Of a stretch of DNA of 64,000 bases, positions 63,362 through 64,000 are shown piece after piece (the first letter of the stretch is position 1; each line of letters begins with the position of its first letter). The DNA comes from Spirochaetia bacterium. Lineage in GTDB: Bacteria; Spirochaetota; Spirochaetia; SZUA-6; Bin103. The position numbers and the translations under genes were made by a program. Under the pieces are notes generated by a model that saw only the letters and a program-made list of their open reading frames with translations, searched no databases and was not told where the DNA came from. The stretch spans positions 448,001-512,000 of the forward strand of contig CBDBOV010000006.1 of the NCBI GenBank assembly GCA_965208575.1, given 5' to 3'.

Positions 63362-64000
63362 TCAGAACCCCATCGATTTCTTCAGATCGAGGTCGAGCCA
63401 GAGGCGCGCCAAGACAGGGGCGCGACTCCAATTTATGAACTCGCCGTCGTAGCCCTTGACCCAGGGCTGGTTCACATTGAGATTCGGTGCCTTGCCGCCC
63501 CACACGTAATAGTGGTTTCGCAACATGAGTAGGAGCGCTTCCTGCGAAGCCCTCTGCTGCTCCTCGAGAGTAGACGCGCTTTGCGCGGCCTGAAACAGGG
63601 CATCGAACTCCGGGTTCGACACACCGGCGGGGTTCCATCCCGCGGTTGAGAGGCTCTGCGCCAACGGAGACAGCTCACCCCACGTATTCCCCACCGGATA
63701 GGAGGTCATGCTTTGGTAATCATGATTATTGATCCCAGCCGCCCAATCAGCGGTGGACGTGACCTGTACCTCGACGTCGATACCAACCTCGAGAAGCTGC
63801 TCCGCCATGATCTCGAATATGTTCACATCGTAGACATCTCTTGCCTCGATGTTGGTTTTGAACCTGATACCATCGGCGCCGCGCGGGTAGCCGGCATCGT
63901 CGAGGAGCTTCTCTGCCTCGGCCGGGTTGTACCGGTAGAACTTCTTGATCTCCTCGGGCCACTCGTCGAATGGCGGTGAATACCCTACGATGTCGATCGC
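63362..64000 (-). CDS. ABC solute-binding protein, family 5 (SBP5), C-terminal part; starts beyond the window
   Basis: PFDEWPEEIKK..AEKLLDDAGYPRGADG, QPWVKGYDGE, ARLWLDLDLK. Confidence 0.9.
   Translation of the reverse strand, partial: AIDIVGYSPPFDEWPEEIKKFYRYNPAEAEKLLDDAGYPRGADGIRFKTNIEARDVYDVNIFEIMAEQLLEVGIDVEVQVTSTADWAAGINNHDYQSMTSYPVGNTWGELSPLAQSLSTAGWNPAGVSNPEFDALFQAAQSASTLEEQQRASQEALLLMLRNHYYVWGGKAPNLNVNQPWVKGYDGEFINWSRAPVLARLWLDLDLKKSMGF

Noticed and set aside
28910-64000. Integron cassette array
   Set aside because: There is no tyrosine recombinase in the window and no recurring attC-like element at gene boundaries. The repeats are gene fragments.

Overview
This is a GC-rich bacterial window. 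A Spirochaetota-like host is suggested only by the style of the solute-binding-protein N-termini, so that is inference. Positions 1-28 kb hold mostly metabolic genes: murB, pdxA-like, dehydrogenases, an aminotransferase, a sugar isomerase, a nitrilase-family hydrolase, TauD, an enolase-superfamily enzyme and an M16 peptidase lacking its zinc motif. This part also has three toxin-antitoxin-like pairs and a one-chain sensor kinase/response regulator. Divergent from the regulator is a large autotransporter-type surface protein. It carries an (AGCGCCAC)7 repeat at its 5' end (candidate phase-variation switch, now OFF), an IS insertion and a frameshift. Positions 28.9-64 kb form a mosaic array, almost all on the minus strand, built from a recurring unit. 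The unit is a long structured leader, a family-5 ABC solute-binding protein (5 copies), OppB/OppC-type permeases (no ATPase in the window) and an Rpn/YhgA-like nuclease gene (4 copies). Every Rpn segment joins the same base of an oppC 3' tail and keeps an internal-RBS C-terminal antitoxin with 1-11 tetrapeptide repeats. The array is interleaved with antitoxins whose toxins are broken, a group II intron, a nested IS and a four-gene DDE/AAA-ATPase transposon. No rRNA, tRNA or CRISPR array was recognised. All family calls come from motif recognition by eye; no searches were run.
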